Source: Octopus sinensis (lineage: Eukaryota). Taken from it: 64,000 nucleotides of DNA. Under the pieces are notes generated by a model. It did not search any database and was not told where the DNA came from. It worked only from the letters and a program-made list of their open reading frames with translations. Location of the stretch: contig NC_043008.1 of NCBI RefSeq assembly GCF_006345805.1, positions 59,210,001 through 59,274,000 of the forward strand. Direction: 5' to 3'. Below, piece by piece: positions 50,012 to 62,967 of the stretch (its first letter is position 1; each line of letters starts with the position of its first letter). Both the position numbers and the translations under genes were made by a program.

Positions 50012-51533
50012 ACCTACCAAATGTTATTGCCAACGATATACAGAATTACAGCGACTTTTCAGGCATTGACATCTCGCAGCTAATGATAAATGGAATTACT
50101 CTAACTTTGCATGCACTGATCTCGCAATTAGCCATCGGGCTTACAAAGGAAAAAGAAAATTATTAGCAACAGATGTATTAATACAAAAATGCAATTTTTA
50201 TATCCAAATTAATGTTCATTCATCTATACGAGAGGACCTCTCACGCAAATGCCGCAGCATTCAAGGTTCTAACAAAACAACCACGTTAAGTTGGATATAA
50301 GGATTGCCTTAGATGGAGGACGCTTGTTTGCAGAATTTCGTTGCGGGTTTTTACATTTCAATTTCAAATTACGTTGGAGTTTAATTTCGTCGTTTATTCT
50401 TAGGTGGCGAATAAAATAAGTCCAAGATAATAACCAAGATCAATTTAATTGAGTATAAGATAACCAGCTCATAAAAATATGTGGACCTATGCCCGTATAA
50501 AAAGTCGTTATATATTTTAGAAGGAAAATTTATAGTGGCCAAAATGTTCGAAAACTAAGGCAAATTACACCTTTTTGATCGTTTCTCGTCAATAAATATA
50601 GTATAAAACCTTACTTAGTTATATATCTTATATATAATCTTTCACTTTTATTTGTTCATGTTGCTTTTAGTTTCTGCCTTCAAAGATTTTCAGCATTTAG
50701 ATTTGCATAATACTCTGATGTTTCGCTTTCTTAACTTGCCTCTATAAGCCCTGTGAATGGTGTAGAGATTTTGTATGTAATCCGTCATATTTTCTATTCT
50801 TCAGTTTATTGTGCAGTATATTCAAGTAAGAGTGATGGTAGGCTGTAGCCGATCTACACCGGTCTTGTTGATAAGAATGGAAACAAGCTATTTGTCAGTT
50901 GCTACTTGGAATCTGTTATTTTGTAAATCTAGAAAATAAGGGATAAATATTATGGTTTAAGGGGAAGGTCCATATATTTTCTCATCTTCCTTGAATAATT
51001 TCAAGATAAAATGTCCAACAAGATCGTACTGGAAGGTGGAATAGAGTTCAATATTATGGCATGGGTTTAAAGCAGCGGCTAGCAGAATCGTTAGCATGCT
51101 GGGCAAAGCTTTGCGGCATTTCGTCCGTCTTTGCGTTCTGAGTTCAAATTCCGCCGAAGTTAACTTTACCTTTCATCCTCCGATGTTGCTGGTTCTCTGC
51201 CAAAATTTGAAATCGATATTACTGAATGGGTACTGTATGGTATTTGTTATCTTTGTTGATGTTATTAATTACTATATTTTTAATTTTACCGTTTGTTTGG
51301 CAATTTATGCTAGATAAATATGAAGGCCCATGGCATAATGATTAGGGTGTTGTAGCGAAGATTGTAGGATCATGGGTTCAATCCCACGACTGGATTTTGC
51401 ACCGTGTCATGGATCAAAGGGCTTAGTTTCCCATTGCTTGCATCTACTAAGCTGAAAAAGGTTACCAGCATCATACACCTCACACACATGCATGCACACA
51501 CACACATACATACATACATACATACACATATAT

Positions 51534-51572
<39 letters not shown>

Positions 51573-51682
51573 TGTGTATGTGTGTGTATTATGTATATAC
51601 ATTGATATGTAATTGTAAGATCCAATGATGTAGGTGTAGGAAGTTAGTACGCTTCGAGTAGTCCTTGGTTGGTATAGAAAAC

Positions 51683-52290
51683 GGTTCTAGGTCTACTGCC
51701 CAACAGACAACTACCCAACGGACAACAACCCAACGGATATCTGCCCAACAGATACTTTCACTTTATCTGTCATTTGGGTGAATCTTCCTATACTCAAAAA
51801 TTGCATTTTTTCTCGGTTTTATGAAATAGAGAACCACAAGTGTCGAAAGGCCTTGGCTTATGTGTCAGCAGATAATATTGTAACTTCATTTAAGCAATTA
51901 CAAGATAATTTGTGCCATGAAGCAGATCCAATCATCGATTACATTGAAGATGCTTGTATCGATAGTATACGACGGCGTGACAGAGGCAACCCCCTGTTTC
52001 CTATTTGTATGTGAAAAATGTATGATCGCTATGCAATGACTTACCACGAACAATAAAATCTTTGGAGGGATGGTATAACCATTTACAGGCGAATATAACG
52101 TCACGTCATCCAAACATCTGATGTTTTCTTCACGTATTGAAGACGGAACAAGCATTTAACGATACGGTCATCAACTAAATGCTAGCGGGACATCAACCTT
52201 CACCCTCATAAGAACAAAATATCAAGATTTAACGAAAAAAATTGCAATTGTCCGTCGGGCTCTTGTCAGTCGGGCAGTTGTTCGGATACC
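51683..52290 (+). mobile_element. Mutator-like (MULE) element remnant
   Basis: ALAYVSADNIVTSFKQL...PIIDYIEDACID..RRRDRGNPLFP..M*..YDR...NN..GWY...HPNI*CFLHVLKTEQ resembles MULE transposase C-terminus; actgcccaacagacaa...ggacaa on the left is inversely matched at 52248-52290. Confidence 0.65.
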
Positions 52291-53347
52291 ATAGAAAGCA
52301 GCTTTCCGGAACAGTATTAATTTATTGACGTCGAGCGTTGTAGGCTTTTCCCCATATCGAAGTTCGATAAGCTTTAAAATGTTTTTTAATGTATGTGCAT
52401 AAATATGTTTATGTATATAAAACTATGTGTCTGCATAAGTATGTATGTGTATATATAACTATGTGTGAGTATTTTTTGCTTATGCGAAGTCATGTGAAGA
52501 TTACTGAACCCAACAGGTATTTTGTTGTCATGATTGTTGTTCCTGATTTGAAGTGTTTTTGATATGCTGAATCCAAAAATGGAGTCCATTTTTTATCATC
52601 ACCTTAAGATTACAAAATACGCCTCAACCAACGGTCAGCAGATGATATTTGCTGATTTTAAGATGGTCAGTTTTCTCCTGGGGCAACAAAGTGGATACAC
52701 ATAATATCCATGCATTTTATGTATGTGGGGCAGCAGAGCCAAAGAAAAACACTGAGCAATCAAAGAAAGGCCGAAGCAAATATTAGTTCCGGGGTTCTTT
52801 AATTTGAATCGACCCCAGTGCTTACTTTTAAAAAACCTGGTTCTTAATCTATTGATCTCTTTTGCCGAACCACTGTCTTACGGGGATGTAAACACACTAA
52901 CACCGTTTGTCAAGCAGTGGAGGAGACAAACACAGAAACAAAGACATCTACTCATATATATATATACGACGGGTTTCTTTCAGTTTCTGCTTACGATATC
53001 CACTCACAAGCCCGTGGCTATATTTGAAGAGACTAGCTCCTATGATCATCCGTTATAGATGAGCATTTAACTACACGTGGAACATCTAATGTCGAAAATA
53101 GTCACAACGGTGAAACGTACATAGGGAACTGAACATTGAAGAAATTGTAGACGTGGCTGTGGAATAGTGAGACACTTCTGCAAGAATTCGGTGCGTTGGT
53201 AGTTCAGCGCATGGAATACATGAAATTGAAACTTTTGTAAGTAACGGAATACATTTGCGACTCAATTAACGTGTAATGACGTGTATGTTTATGTGTGTAT
53301 GTGTGTGCACGCGTATGTGTGTGCGTGCGTATGTATTGGAGGTTGTT

Positions 53348-53387
<40 letters not shown>

Positions 53388-53519
53388 TGTGTGAGTGTGA
53401 ATGCGCGTTTGTACTTACATGTATGTACAGATGAGCATAGTTGCTTAGTACGTTAAATATATTGCAGGTAAATAAACCCAAGTAGGTAAATATATTGAGA
53501 GAGACAGTTGTGAATAGGC

Positions 53520-53547
53520 AGATATACATAGATAGATAGATAGATAT

Positions 53548-53623
<76 letters not shown>

Positions 53624-53627
53624 GTAT

Positions 53628-53691
<64 letters not shown>

Positions 53692-53731
53692 GTATATAGA
53701 TAGGTAGATAGATAGATAGAGAGAGAGAGAG

Positions 53732-53794
<63 letters not shown>

Positions 53795-53805
53795 CAGATA
53801 GACTG
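53520..53805. repeat. (GATA)n microsatellite
   Basis: Direct reading. Confidence 0.97.
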
Positions 53806-54112
53806 ATTGAAAAACAGACATGTATGTCGAAATAAATAATGAATTAAATTAACAGATATATATTTTCTATCAAATATTAATTTTATTACAGCAAGTAGGA
53901 AATACAATATTTTCTTTGCAGCAGATTACAGATTATGTGTACTGCTAATTTTTATTACTGTTCGATTAGGTCTCAACCTCGTAGCAACAGCAGTACAGCA
54001 ACAGCATCAACAATAACATCAACAACAACAACAATAACAACAATCTTAACAGCAATAAAAATAACGATAACAAGAAAACAACAAGGTAGGTTGGACTGAG
54101 ACAGAAGGAACT

Positions 54113-54274
54113 TCATTCATCTTGAGATTTCTTTTCACGTGACCATGCTCGCACATCGTCAATGCATTGAGGCATCTGTCTACCGCGTGTCTCTGGTAAA
54201 AGTAGCACCAATACACATGCGAGGAAGAGTCCACCCGAGAATATTGCCGGCGGAACCCAGGGGATGATTGACAC
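54113..54274 (-). CDS. SLC22-family (organic cation/anion, MFS) transporter, terminal exon (TM12 and C-tail)
   Basis: Acceptor tttttaaacag; phase 0; VSIIPWVPPAIFSGGLFLACVLVLLLPETRGRQMPQCIDDV...* contains the LPET(K/R)G-xx-(L/M)P signature; TGA at 54113-54115. Confidence 0.92.
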   Translation of the reverse strand: MSIIPWVPPAIFSGGLFLACVLVLLLPETRGRQMPQCIDDVRAWSREKKSQDE

Positions 54275-54851
54275 CTGTTTAAAAAGTAGCAGCTCGTTAG
54301 AATATATAATATACAGAGAATATATAAGACACATGCACACAAATACACATGCACACATATATGTATAAATATTGATTGGTTTTTGTTACACGATAGTTCG
54401 CATATGTTTGATGAAATAGCATTAATCTAGCATATGAAATAATGATGTCGTAATACATTGCATGCAAATAAATAACTATGCCATTGAAACATTTGTAGCA
54501 TGAATTGAACCTTAAAATCTCTATTGATCTTCATTTATATTTATCAATCTATCTATCTCTATACCTATATGTATGCATCTTTCTATCTATCTATCTTTCT
54601 ATCTATCCAACAATATATATATATACCTTTTATTGACACTGCAAAAATATCATAGGACTGTTATTCAGAATTCTACGTTCCCGTTCGTCGGACAGTTGTG
54701 ATAAATATTCTGAATAACAATCCTGTGATAATTTCTGCAGCTTTCATAAAAAAAGTATATTACTCTACCTCTGGTATTCGTGTACTACTTTTTCCACCTT
54801 ATTTTGCACTTGTGTGCTCTCCTGTGTGTGTATATGTATATATATGTATAT

Positions 54852-54933
<82 letters not shown>

Positions 54934-55340
54934 GGACGTGCCACCCAGGTAAGAAATGTAGGCAGTGCCTACCTTGAATAAAATACATCGATAGCAACAT
55001 TTTCCTTTCATGGCAAAATATGTACCTAATTCAATAACATTATGAAGGTTACTCTGATTACTACGCATAAAATGCAAAATATTTTATTGTTTTGCAAACT
55101 AAACCGGCATAATTCGTTCCCTCCTTTTCAATCTTAGTATTTAAGCTATGTATATTACTGCTGTAGTACTGCGTACACTCCTATAACATTGTTTTCTTTA
55201 CGTGCTATAAAGGTAGAAGTAAATTTGCCTTCAACTCAGTCGCGCGTCTGTGTTTCGCTTATTTATTTATTTATTTATTTTTTTACTACATAAACGTCAT
55301 CAGCTGCCTACCCTGAGTAATTACTGTCTTATATATATAT

Positions 55341-55640
55341 GGAGGCGCAATGGCTCGGTGGTTAGGGCAGCGGACTCGCGGTCGTAGGATCGCGGTTTCG
55401 ATTCCCAGACCGGGCGTTGCGAGTGTTTATTGAGCGAAAACACCTAAAACCTCCACGTCGCTCTGGCAGTGGGGGATGATCCCTGATGTACTCTTTCACC
55501 ACTCTTTCTCCCACTCTTTCTTCTGTTGGCCTGCTTGCTTAGCCAGCGGGGTGGCGTCATTCAAAGGCTAAAACAATGCGAACGCATTGTGACCAGCAAT
55601 GTGTAACAACATCTGATGGTCTGGTCGGTCACGTGATCAT

Positions 55641-55643
<3 letters not shown>
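55341..55643 (+). mobile_element. tRNA-derived SINE family C (intronic)
   Basis: Homologous to 28502-28793. Confidence 0.88.
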
Positions 55644-55695
<52 letters not shown>

Positions 55696-56032
55696 TTACG
55701 TCTCCCAAGAAGAGGGGCAGAAATGATCACATGCACCAGAAACTGCAATTTTAAATGGATCTACATGTTTCAAACTTCTGAAATTGTGAGAGACTGTGAA
55801 AGAAAAGAACAAGAACTTTTGATGGTGTTTGAGAAGGAGCGGAACCACTACTGTTCCTGAAAGTAGTTTCCTATGCCGTCTACGGACTGCTCGAAGTTTA
55901 CTAACTTCCTATATCTTGATCCTTGGATCTCACCTTTACACACACACACACATACGGAGAGGGAGAGAGAGAATCTATAAACTATATATATAGTTTATAT
56001 ATAGTCTATAAACTATATATATATATATATAT

Positions 56033-56086
<54 letters not shown>

Positions 56087-56185
56087 TTATATAAATAAGG
56101 ATAAGATCGTTATTTAAAATACCGATCTTATCAGATGGCTAGCATGCGAATAAAACCCTTAAAGATGATGATTAATTATTAAACC

Positions 56186-56360
56186 TATAATTAAGGGTAT
56201 CTAAGAGATACTACCACGCTAGAAATAGCTGGCAAAACTTGACTCTGAAACCACATTAAATGTTCATACAGCTGTATGAACATTTAATGTGGTTTCAGAG
56301 TCAAGCTTTGCCTGCTATTTCTAGCGTGGTAGTAGTATCTCTTAGATACCCTTAATTATA
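56186..56360. repeat. Spacerless ~175-bp palindrome (intronic)
   Basis: Centre between 56271 and 56272 (tacag|ctgta); arms differ by two substitutions and a 3-bp indel. Confidence 0.93.
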
Positions 56361-56611
56361 ATTTTATATATTAGGTGAAGGGTGGATTATAGGGGAAAAG
56401 AGAATAAAGGGAGAGGGGAGGAAAGGGTGGTCGTAATGTGGAGACAGAGTATGAGGAAAGAGAGAGAAGGTGTGGTGAGGGGAGAGAGATAGAGAGAGAG
56501 AGAGGGAGAGGGAGAGAGAGACTATATACAAATTATATTATATTTGTATATAATATAATATAATTATATTATATACAAAATATAATTGCGGTATATTTTG
56601 TAAATCCGTAC

Positions 56612-56684
56612 CACAAGCAGCGTAAATGGAGAAACTGCACTTCCAACACGTGCGGCACACGAGGAAAAACCAACGGCACTGTTC
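56612..56684 (-). CDS. SLC22-family transporter, penultimate exon (TM11)
   Basis: tatctttcag acceptor, gtacgg donor; 73 nt, phase 2 to 0; (R)NSAVGFSSCAARVGSAVSPFTLLV. Confidence 0.92.
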
Positions 56685-57130
56685 CTGAAAGATAATTAAT
56701 AATAGGTTTATAATTAGTATAAAATGTTGAAGTCAAAGAGCGAAAGGGTTTAGAAATCTAAGTAAATAACAACTTAATTTCACAGTTTCATGTGTGTGAA
56801 TGTTGAAGTGGTAAATACTCGATGGTTTTTTGCGGTGGTTGCATAAAAGTGGCTAGGGAAGGTAGCCGAACAAAAGAAATATAAATAAAATACTGAACTT
56901 AATAACTCAGTGATCCCCATTCGTTTAGACAATACTGTGAGTGGAACCTGAACCTGAAACCTCGCATTCCTCAGGGTCTCAATGGAGGGGATTCGGGGAT
57001 TCAGAGTTAAGTAATGCGTTTGTATGGGTTCGAAGATAGAGAACGGGTTCAGGAGGATATGAGTCCCCCCCCCCCAGCAAACATGCGTTATGAGAAGGAT
57101 AGTTTGATACATATTATAGCTTTGGTAAAG

Positions 57131-57702
57131 TATTGGGTTGTCCGGAAAGTTCGTGCCGATTTATAGTAGCTTACATTTCGACTTATTTTAGAACATGGTT
57201 GAGTCCATAAAATTGAATTTGACTACACCTCCATTTAGAGCACAGTTTAAGCCATCTTTACGTGGAAGAAGGTTTATGTTCCTATAACCTGTGTTAATTC
57301 TGTAACCCTTTAAAATGGAAAATAAGAAAGTTCCTTTTTGGCACTTGATGCTTTGGGAACCAGACAAAAATTGCTGCAGCTCGGCTGGAATGAGTTACCC
57401 CACCCTTCATATTCACCAGATATTGCTCCTTCGGATTTCCACTTATTCAGGTCTCTGCAGAATAGTCTTAATGGTAAAAATTTCAATTTCTTGGATGACG
57501 TAAAAAGATACCTTGATGAATTGTTTGCCATGAAACCACCTCAATTCTGGGAAGAGGGTATTTTCAAGTTAAAGGAAAGATGGAGACACGTATTGTGCAA
57601 CAAAATGGTTCATATTTGGTTGATTAAAAATGTAATGGCAAGTATTTATTGACCTTTTTCTTTCCTTTAAAAATCGGCACGAACTTTCCAGACAACCCAA
57701 TA
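57131..57702 (+). mobile_element. Internally deleted mariner with intact TIRs and TA target duplication (intronic)
   Basis: ta-ttgggttgtccggaaagttcgtgccgattt ... aaatcggcacgaactttccagacaacccaa-ta; LGWNELPHPSYSPDIAPSDFHLFRSLQNSL. Confidence 0.95.
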
Positions 57703-58851
57703 CATAAATAAAATAATGAAATGCTCTACTTGGTTTACAATTTCCATTACATTAGCGCCCATATTTTACAAGAATGAAAACAAAGATTTATTAACATTAA
57801 ACCAATAAATAGCAATTATAATGTGTCAAATATTTTTCGGAATTTTACAGGAGCAGAATTGTCTTAACGTCTTTATTGGCCCCGAATCAAAGCATTGTAC
57901 TGAAGTCACTACCCAAGCATCCATGGCAAACACTAATTAGTATTACCCCCAACGCTTACAGAGTGAAGTCTCCGATCCAATGCCTTGCTTTTAGGCATAT
58001 AATATACCTGTCTTCGCACAAGACAAGCATATTATATTTTTAAATTATGTAAATAGAAATAATAGTGCGTGATTAGAAGTTTTTTTCATAAGGTAGACCT
58101 TATGGATAAATTTGCGAATAATTCTGAATCTCTGTGAATGTGTAAATGTCTTGAGATGTTTAATGAGCCATGTTATGTAAATCTTGAAAAGTATAATGTT
58201 TCACGTTATATGGTTATGGATCACAATGTGGCGAATTGACAGAATCATTAGTGAGTCGCACAAAAATTCTTGCTACATTTTTGGTCCGAACTGTTACGTT
58301 ATGAACTTCAAGTACCACAGAAGAAAACGTTGTATTTTATCTATGCAGGGTTGGCAAATTAAAGCAGCAGTTTAAGGAAGCTAGTTGGCAGAATTATAAG
58401 AAAGTTGCACGAAATATTTTATGATATTTGTACCAGCTCATTACGTTCTGAGTGCTCAAGTACGTTTAGCAAACTCGTCTGGATATCGCTGGCAAAATGG
58501 TGGTATTTGTAAAGAAAATATCGAAGGAAGGCAGCGCGAAATCACTTTTGTATTTTAGGAGGAAAATTCCATGTGAATCCCACACTGCTATCGATGAAGT
58601 CCCCAGCAGTCGTTCATTGACGTAGTAGTGTATATATCACCGTGTACTGGAATACACGAGAACATACTTTACCTTCAAAGACCATGAGCAACAACCATTA
58701 ATATACAACTATGAAGTGTACTGTGCAATACAGATCAACAAGGATATAGAATATCGTTATATCGAATAAAAGATGTGAGCTAAGGTTAGTTCTTAAAGTC
58801 TTGTTTAACTAGAGAAGGGATATTTTCATAAGGTAGAAACAAGTAACTTAC

Positions 58852-58972
58852 CGGTAATTCGTTGGAATAAGTTCGGGTAGGTAACCCCAAATAGCTGAAA
58901 AAGCGCCTGAAACACCAAACATTCCTAGGGTAGAAGCCACTATTTCCAGAGAAACGTACTTTGAATCTTTAT
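58852..58972 (-). CDS. SLC22-family transporter, TM10 exon
   Basis: aatatttcag acceptor, gtaagt donor; 121 nt, phase 1 to 2; KDSKYVSLEIVASTLGMFGVSGAFSAIWGYLPELIPTNYR matches the E(L/F)xPTxxR motif. Confidence 0.93.
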
Positions 58973-59033
58973 CTGAAATATTTTGGAAGAAAAATAACAG
59001 ATGAGTGAGATGACTTGTGTCATTCACAATCTT

Positions 59034-59627
59034 ATTTCTTTATTGCCCACAAGGGGCTACACACAAAGGGGACAAACAAGGACAGACAAAGGATTCAGTC
59101 GATTATATCGACCCCAGTGCATAACTGGTACTTATTTAATCGACTCCGAAAGGATGAAAGGCAAAGTCGACCACGGCGAAATTTGAACTCAGAACGTAAC
59201 GGCAGACGAAATACCTATTTCTTTACTACCCACAAGGGGCTACACACAGAGGGAACAAACAAGGACAGACAAACGGATTAAGTCGATTATATCGACCCCA
59301 GTGCATAACTAGTACTTATTTAATCGACCCCGAAAGAATGAAAGGCAAAGTCGACCTCGGCGGAATTTGAACTCAGAACGTAACGGCAGACGAAATACCT
59401 ATTTCTTTACTACCCATAAGGGCCTAAACACAGAGAGGACAAACAAGGACAGACAAACGGATTCAGTCGATTATATCGACCCCAGTGCATAACTAGTACT
59501 TATTTATCGACCCCGAAAGGATGAAAAGCAAAGTCGACCTCGGCGGAATTTGAACTCAGAACGTAACGGCAGACGAAATACTGCTAAGCATTTCGCCCGG
59601 CGTGCTAACGTTTTTGTCAGCTCGCTT
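59034..59627 (-). mobile_element. SINE family A trimer with one 16-bp target-site duplication
   Basis: Units start at 59034, 59217, 59401; tgtcattcacaatctt at 59018-59033 and 59628-59643. Confidence 0.92.
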
Positions 59628-59984
59628 TGTCATTCACAATCTTGTTCGGTGAGATATGTTTCTTCATTTAAAGTCATTCATTGTCCTTAAAGAAATAGCA
59701 AAACTAGTACGAGTTGCTAAACGTCACCTTCGCTGATAACCTTTCCATGGTGGCTTTACAATCACACTTTTCTTTACTAGTTTCAGTGAATTATTAAATA
59801 CTCAACTGATACGTATTTTATCAACTTCAAAAGGTAGAATGGTAAAGTCGACCTCGGTGCGATTTGAACTCAGAACATACAGACGGACGAAATGCTGCTA
59901 AACCTGTTGTCCGGCGTGCTAACTATTCTACCGGTCCGCATCCTTTGTTTACCTGTGATATTGTTTGTTAATAACTATCTAGCT

Positions 59985-59994
<10 letters not shown>

Positions 59995-60031
<37 letters not shown>

Positions 60032-60032
60032 T

Positions 60033-60063
<31 letters not shown>

Positions 60064-60145
60064 CTCCCTTTGCTTCTATCTCACTCACTCACTCACTCTC
60101 CCTCTCTTTCCCTCTCTCTGTTCCCTCTCTCTCTCACTCACCCTC
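59995..60145. repeat. (CT)n tract
   Basis: Direct reading. Confidence 0.9.
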
Positions 60146-60279
60146 TTTAAATTCTAAGTTATTGAAGTGAACTCACTGGATCAAAATTTCAAACGAACTC
60201 AATGTAACCTAGATAATCGTTAATTCATTAATCACTACCCGGGATTAAGTTATCGCTGATTGATCTATAACACGTGTTA

Positions 60280-60640
60280 ACGATCAGTCGGAAGATTCTG
60301 TTTATAACGCAAAATCGCTCCCCGGGCACCACCCACAATGCTCTCATCTACCCAACATGCACTGAGTATCGCTTGTGTTCACATGACCGTTTTGCGAGGT
60401 TGCGTATGTTTCATTCGCATTTATATATTCCTGGTCGCATGAAGGTGGGACCAAGAAAAAATACGATAGAGGTTAATCCTAACAAACGACACACACGAAT
60501 TTACTCTTAACAGAAAAAGGTAGAGACCCTTAAGAAATTGTGCAGCGATGGAAGCATCGCTGCTACGGCTTACGAGTTTGGGGTCAATGAGTATACCATT
60601 TGTTCCATCCACAAAACGGCGTGATGATTCACTTATCACT
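60280..60640 (+). mobile_element. Pogo/Tigger-like transposon 5-prime fragment
   Basis: MKVGPRK...YS*QKKVETLKKLCSDGSIAATAYEFGVNEYTICSIHK resembles the CENP-B/Psq HTH (FGVNESTIRSI). Confidence 0.6.
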
Positions 60641-60691
60641 GATTCATTTATCACCTTTCTTGTTTTTTTTAAACAAATCTCCATTATAAAC

Positions 60692-60739
<48 letters not shown>

Positions 60740-60742
60740 ATG

Positions 60743-60776
<34 letters not shown>

Positions 60777-61249
60777 CAGCAGCAGCCGCAGCAGCAGTAG
60801 TATGGGAGGCATGCGTTGTAACAGCGCAAAGCTGTATCCACCATTTGTTGGCGATTCCCTTAATCCTGGCGGCTGGCAGATGACACCTTTGAGCCACTCA
60901 GGCAACAACCCTCCAACCCATGGATTCTGTTTGGGAAGTCGTTGCTGGTGAGAGTTCTTACGATGTCGGTGTTGAAATCCTCTTTTAGTCGTCTTTTATG
61001 ACACGCAGAGGAAATGTCGAGTCCCCACACAGCAGCACATAGAAGTAGTGACTTGTATTTATTTTGCCGACCTCGGAAACATAGAATGTAATGTGGACCT
61101 CGCGTGGTTTCAATTCACAAGTTAAAGAAATATTACTGAATTACATTATGTGAATGTTTGCCCACCATTTTACAGAGTCTGGTACCTGTTTTTAATGAAT
61201 ACATGATATTGCTAAACACATTACAAGATTTTGGCCAAGGTATTAGCAA

Positions 61250-62600
61250 AGGGGTTAGCGTTTGTTGCTGCTAGACTGATCGGTTATGCGCAAAACATGC
61301 GCTATCACAAACAGATCTATCCAAGACAACCTCCACCTCATGCGATACATCATGGAGAGGGTAAGTAAAGAACCTGGCATGGGTAGGGCCCTGATCAATT
61401 TGGTTCAATCGAAAGCTTTTGATAGGATCGACCATCAATACTTGGTGACTGTCCTGAAGGCTGCTGGTTCCGGTCCTATTTTCAGAGGTTAGATTGCTGC
61501 AATGTATAGCGACATTCACTCGGTGGTCAAAGTTAATGGCCACCTTTCGGAATCGTTCAGCATCGTGCGTTTGTTTCGTCAAGGATGCCCACTCTAACCT
61601 TTTATGTAAATGCTGGCTCTCGAACTATTACTGCGGAAGCTGGATGTTTCGAAAGGCATGTCGCGTAACTAGGATGCGGAAGTTTCGTGTCAGCATATGA
61701 GGGTGACATCACCATAATAGTGTCGATTGGCGCTATACTAAAGGAATACGAAGCAGTGACAGGAGCAAAGATTAACCAAACTGCTTGGGGTTTGGTTTGG
61801 TCCGGATCTCCAGGTGAACAAGAACTGTAAGAGGTGACAAGCAGTATGGCCAACCTCACTCAGTAATGAGGCGAGAGAAAACTGTCCTTGAAAGGTCAGG
61901 CAGAAGTGGCAAATGCGTACATCGCATCCGTTATCTATTACCTATTTCTTTACTACCCACAAGGGGCTAAACATAGAGGGGACAAACAAGGACAGACATA
62001 GGTATTAAGTCGATTACATCGACCCCAGTGCGTAACTGGTAGTTAATTTATCGACCCCGAAAGGATGAAAGGTAAAGTCGACCTCGGCGGAATTTGAACT
62101 CACAACGTAACGGCAGACGAAATACCGCTAAGCATTTCGCCCGGCGTGCTAACGTTTCTGCCAACTCGCCGCCTTATCCGTTATCTATTACCGATTGTTC
62201 TTTACCCTGCTCCGTGGTTGATTAAGCTGGAGAGCTTGCTCTTCCAATGTCTATGGAGGGGACAGGTTCCACTTGTCAGACGACTCATTTGCTTCAGCAT
62301 CCGCTGTGTGGAGGTCTGAGGATGCCATAGCTAATGATGCCCAGTCTCCAGTGATACCTTATCGGTGAACAGATGTGGTCGCTATTTGTTAGATGCGCTT
62401 TCCCGCTGCTCAAGTCTTTGATTGAGCGACAGTCCTGGATTAAGCGCAGACTGAGACAGGGCACTTGGCAATTAGAGTTTCTCCATGTGCTCACAGCTCT
62501 CAGTCAAGCGGACAATGCGGTCTATGAAAGTTCCACCATGGAGTTCTATAGAGAATTATAGGTGGGCAAGACGCTTGGTGAATTTACCGCCTTTGCATAG
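61250..62600 (+). mobile_element. Degenerate L1/Tx1-clade LINE ORF2 (RT region)
   Basis: NRSIQDNLHLMRYIMERV...ALINLVQSKAFDRIDHQYL...GSGPIFRG* and downstream FQCLWRGQVPLVRR. Confidence 0.85.
61943..62175 (-). mobile_element. SINE family A monomer inserted in the Tx1 relic with 17-bp target-site duplication
   Basis: atccgttatctattacc at 61926-61942 and 62176-62192. Confidence 0.93.
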
Positions 62601-62892
62601 GTCTGGTTGGTGTGTTTGTTTGTGTCCCCCTGGTGGCTCAAATCCGAAAAGCAAATATTCATTCTGTTTTGAAGAAAATGATTTTAAAAGCAAACATGGC
62701 GATATCCGTCCTAAAAACGGATATCACCATGATAAATTAAGTACCAGAGTGATGGAGGTGAAAGTATGAGGTAGGTATGATAGTGAGTTGAAAGACACTT
62801 TAGAGACCTCCGAGATCTATCCTCAAAAGGAAGGAATTGTGAGTACTGACCAACAGCAAAATACAGTGGACCCCACTACCACTATAAAAATA

Positions 62893-62958
<66 letters not shown>

Positions 62959-62967
62959 CATTATTAT

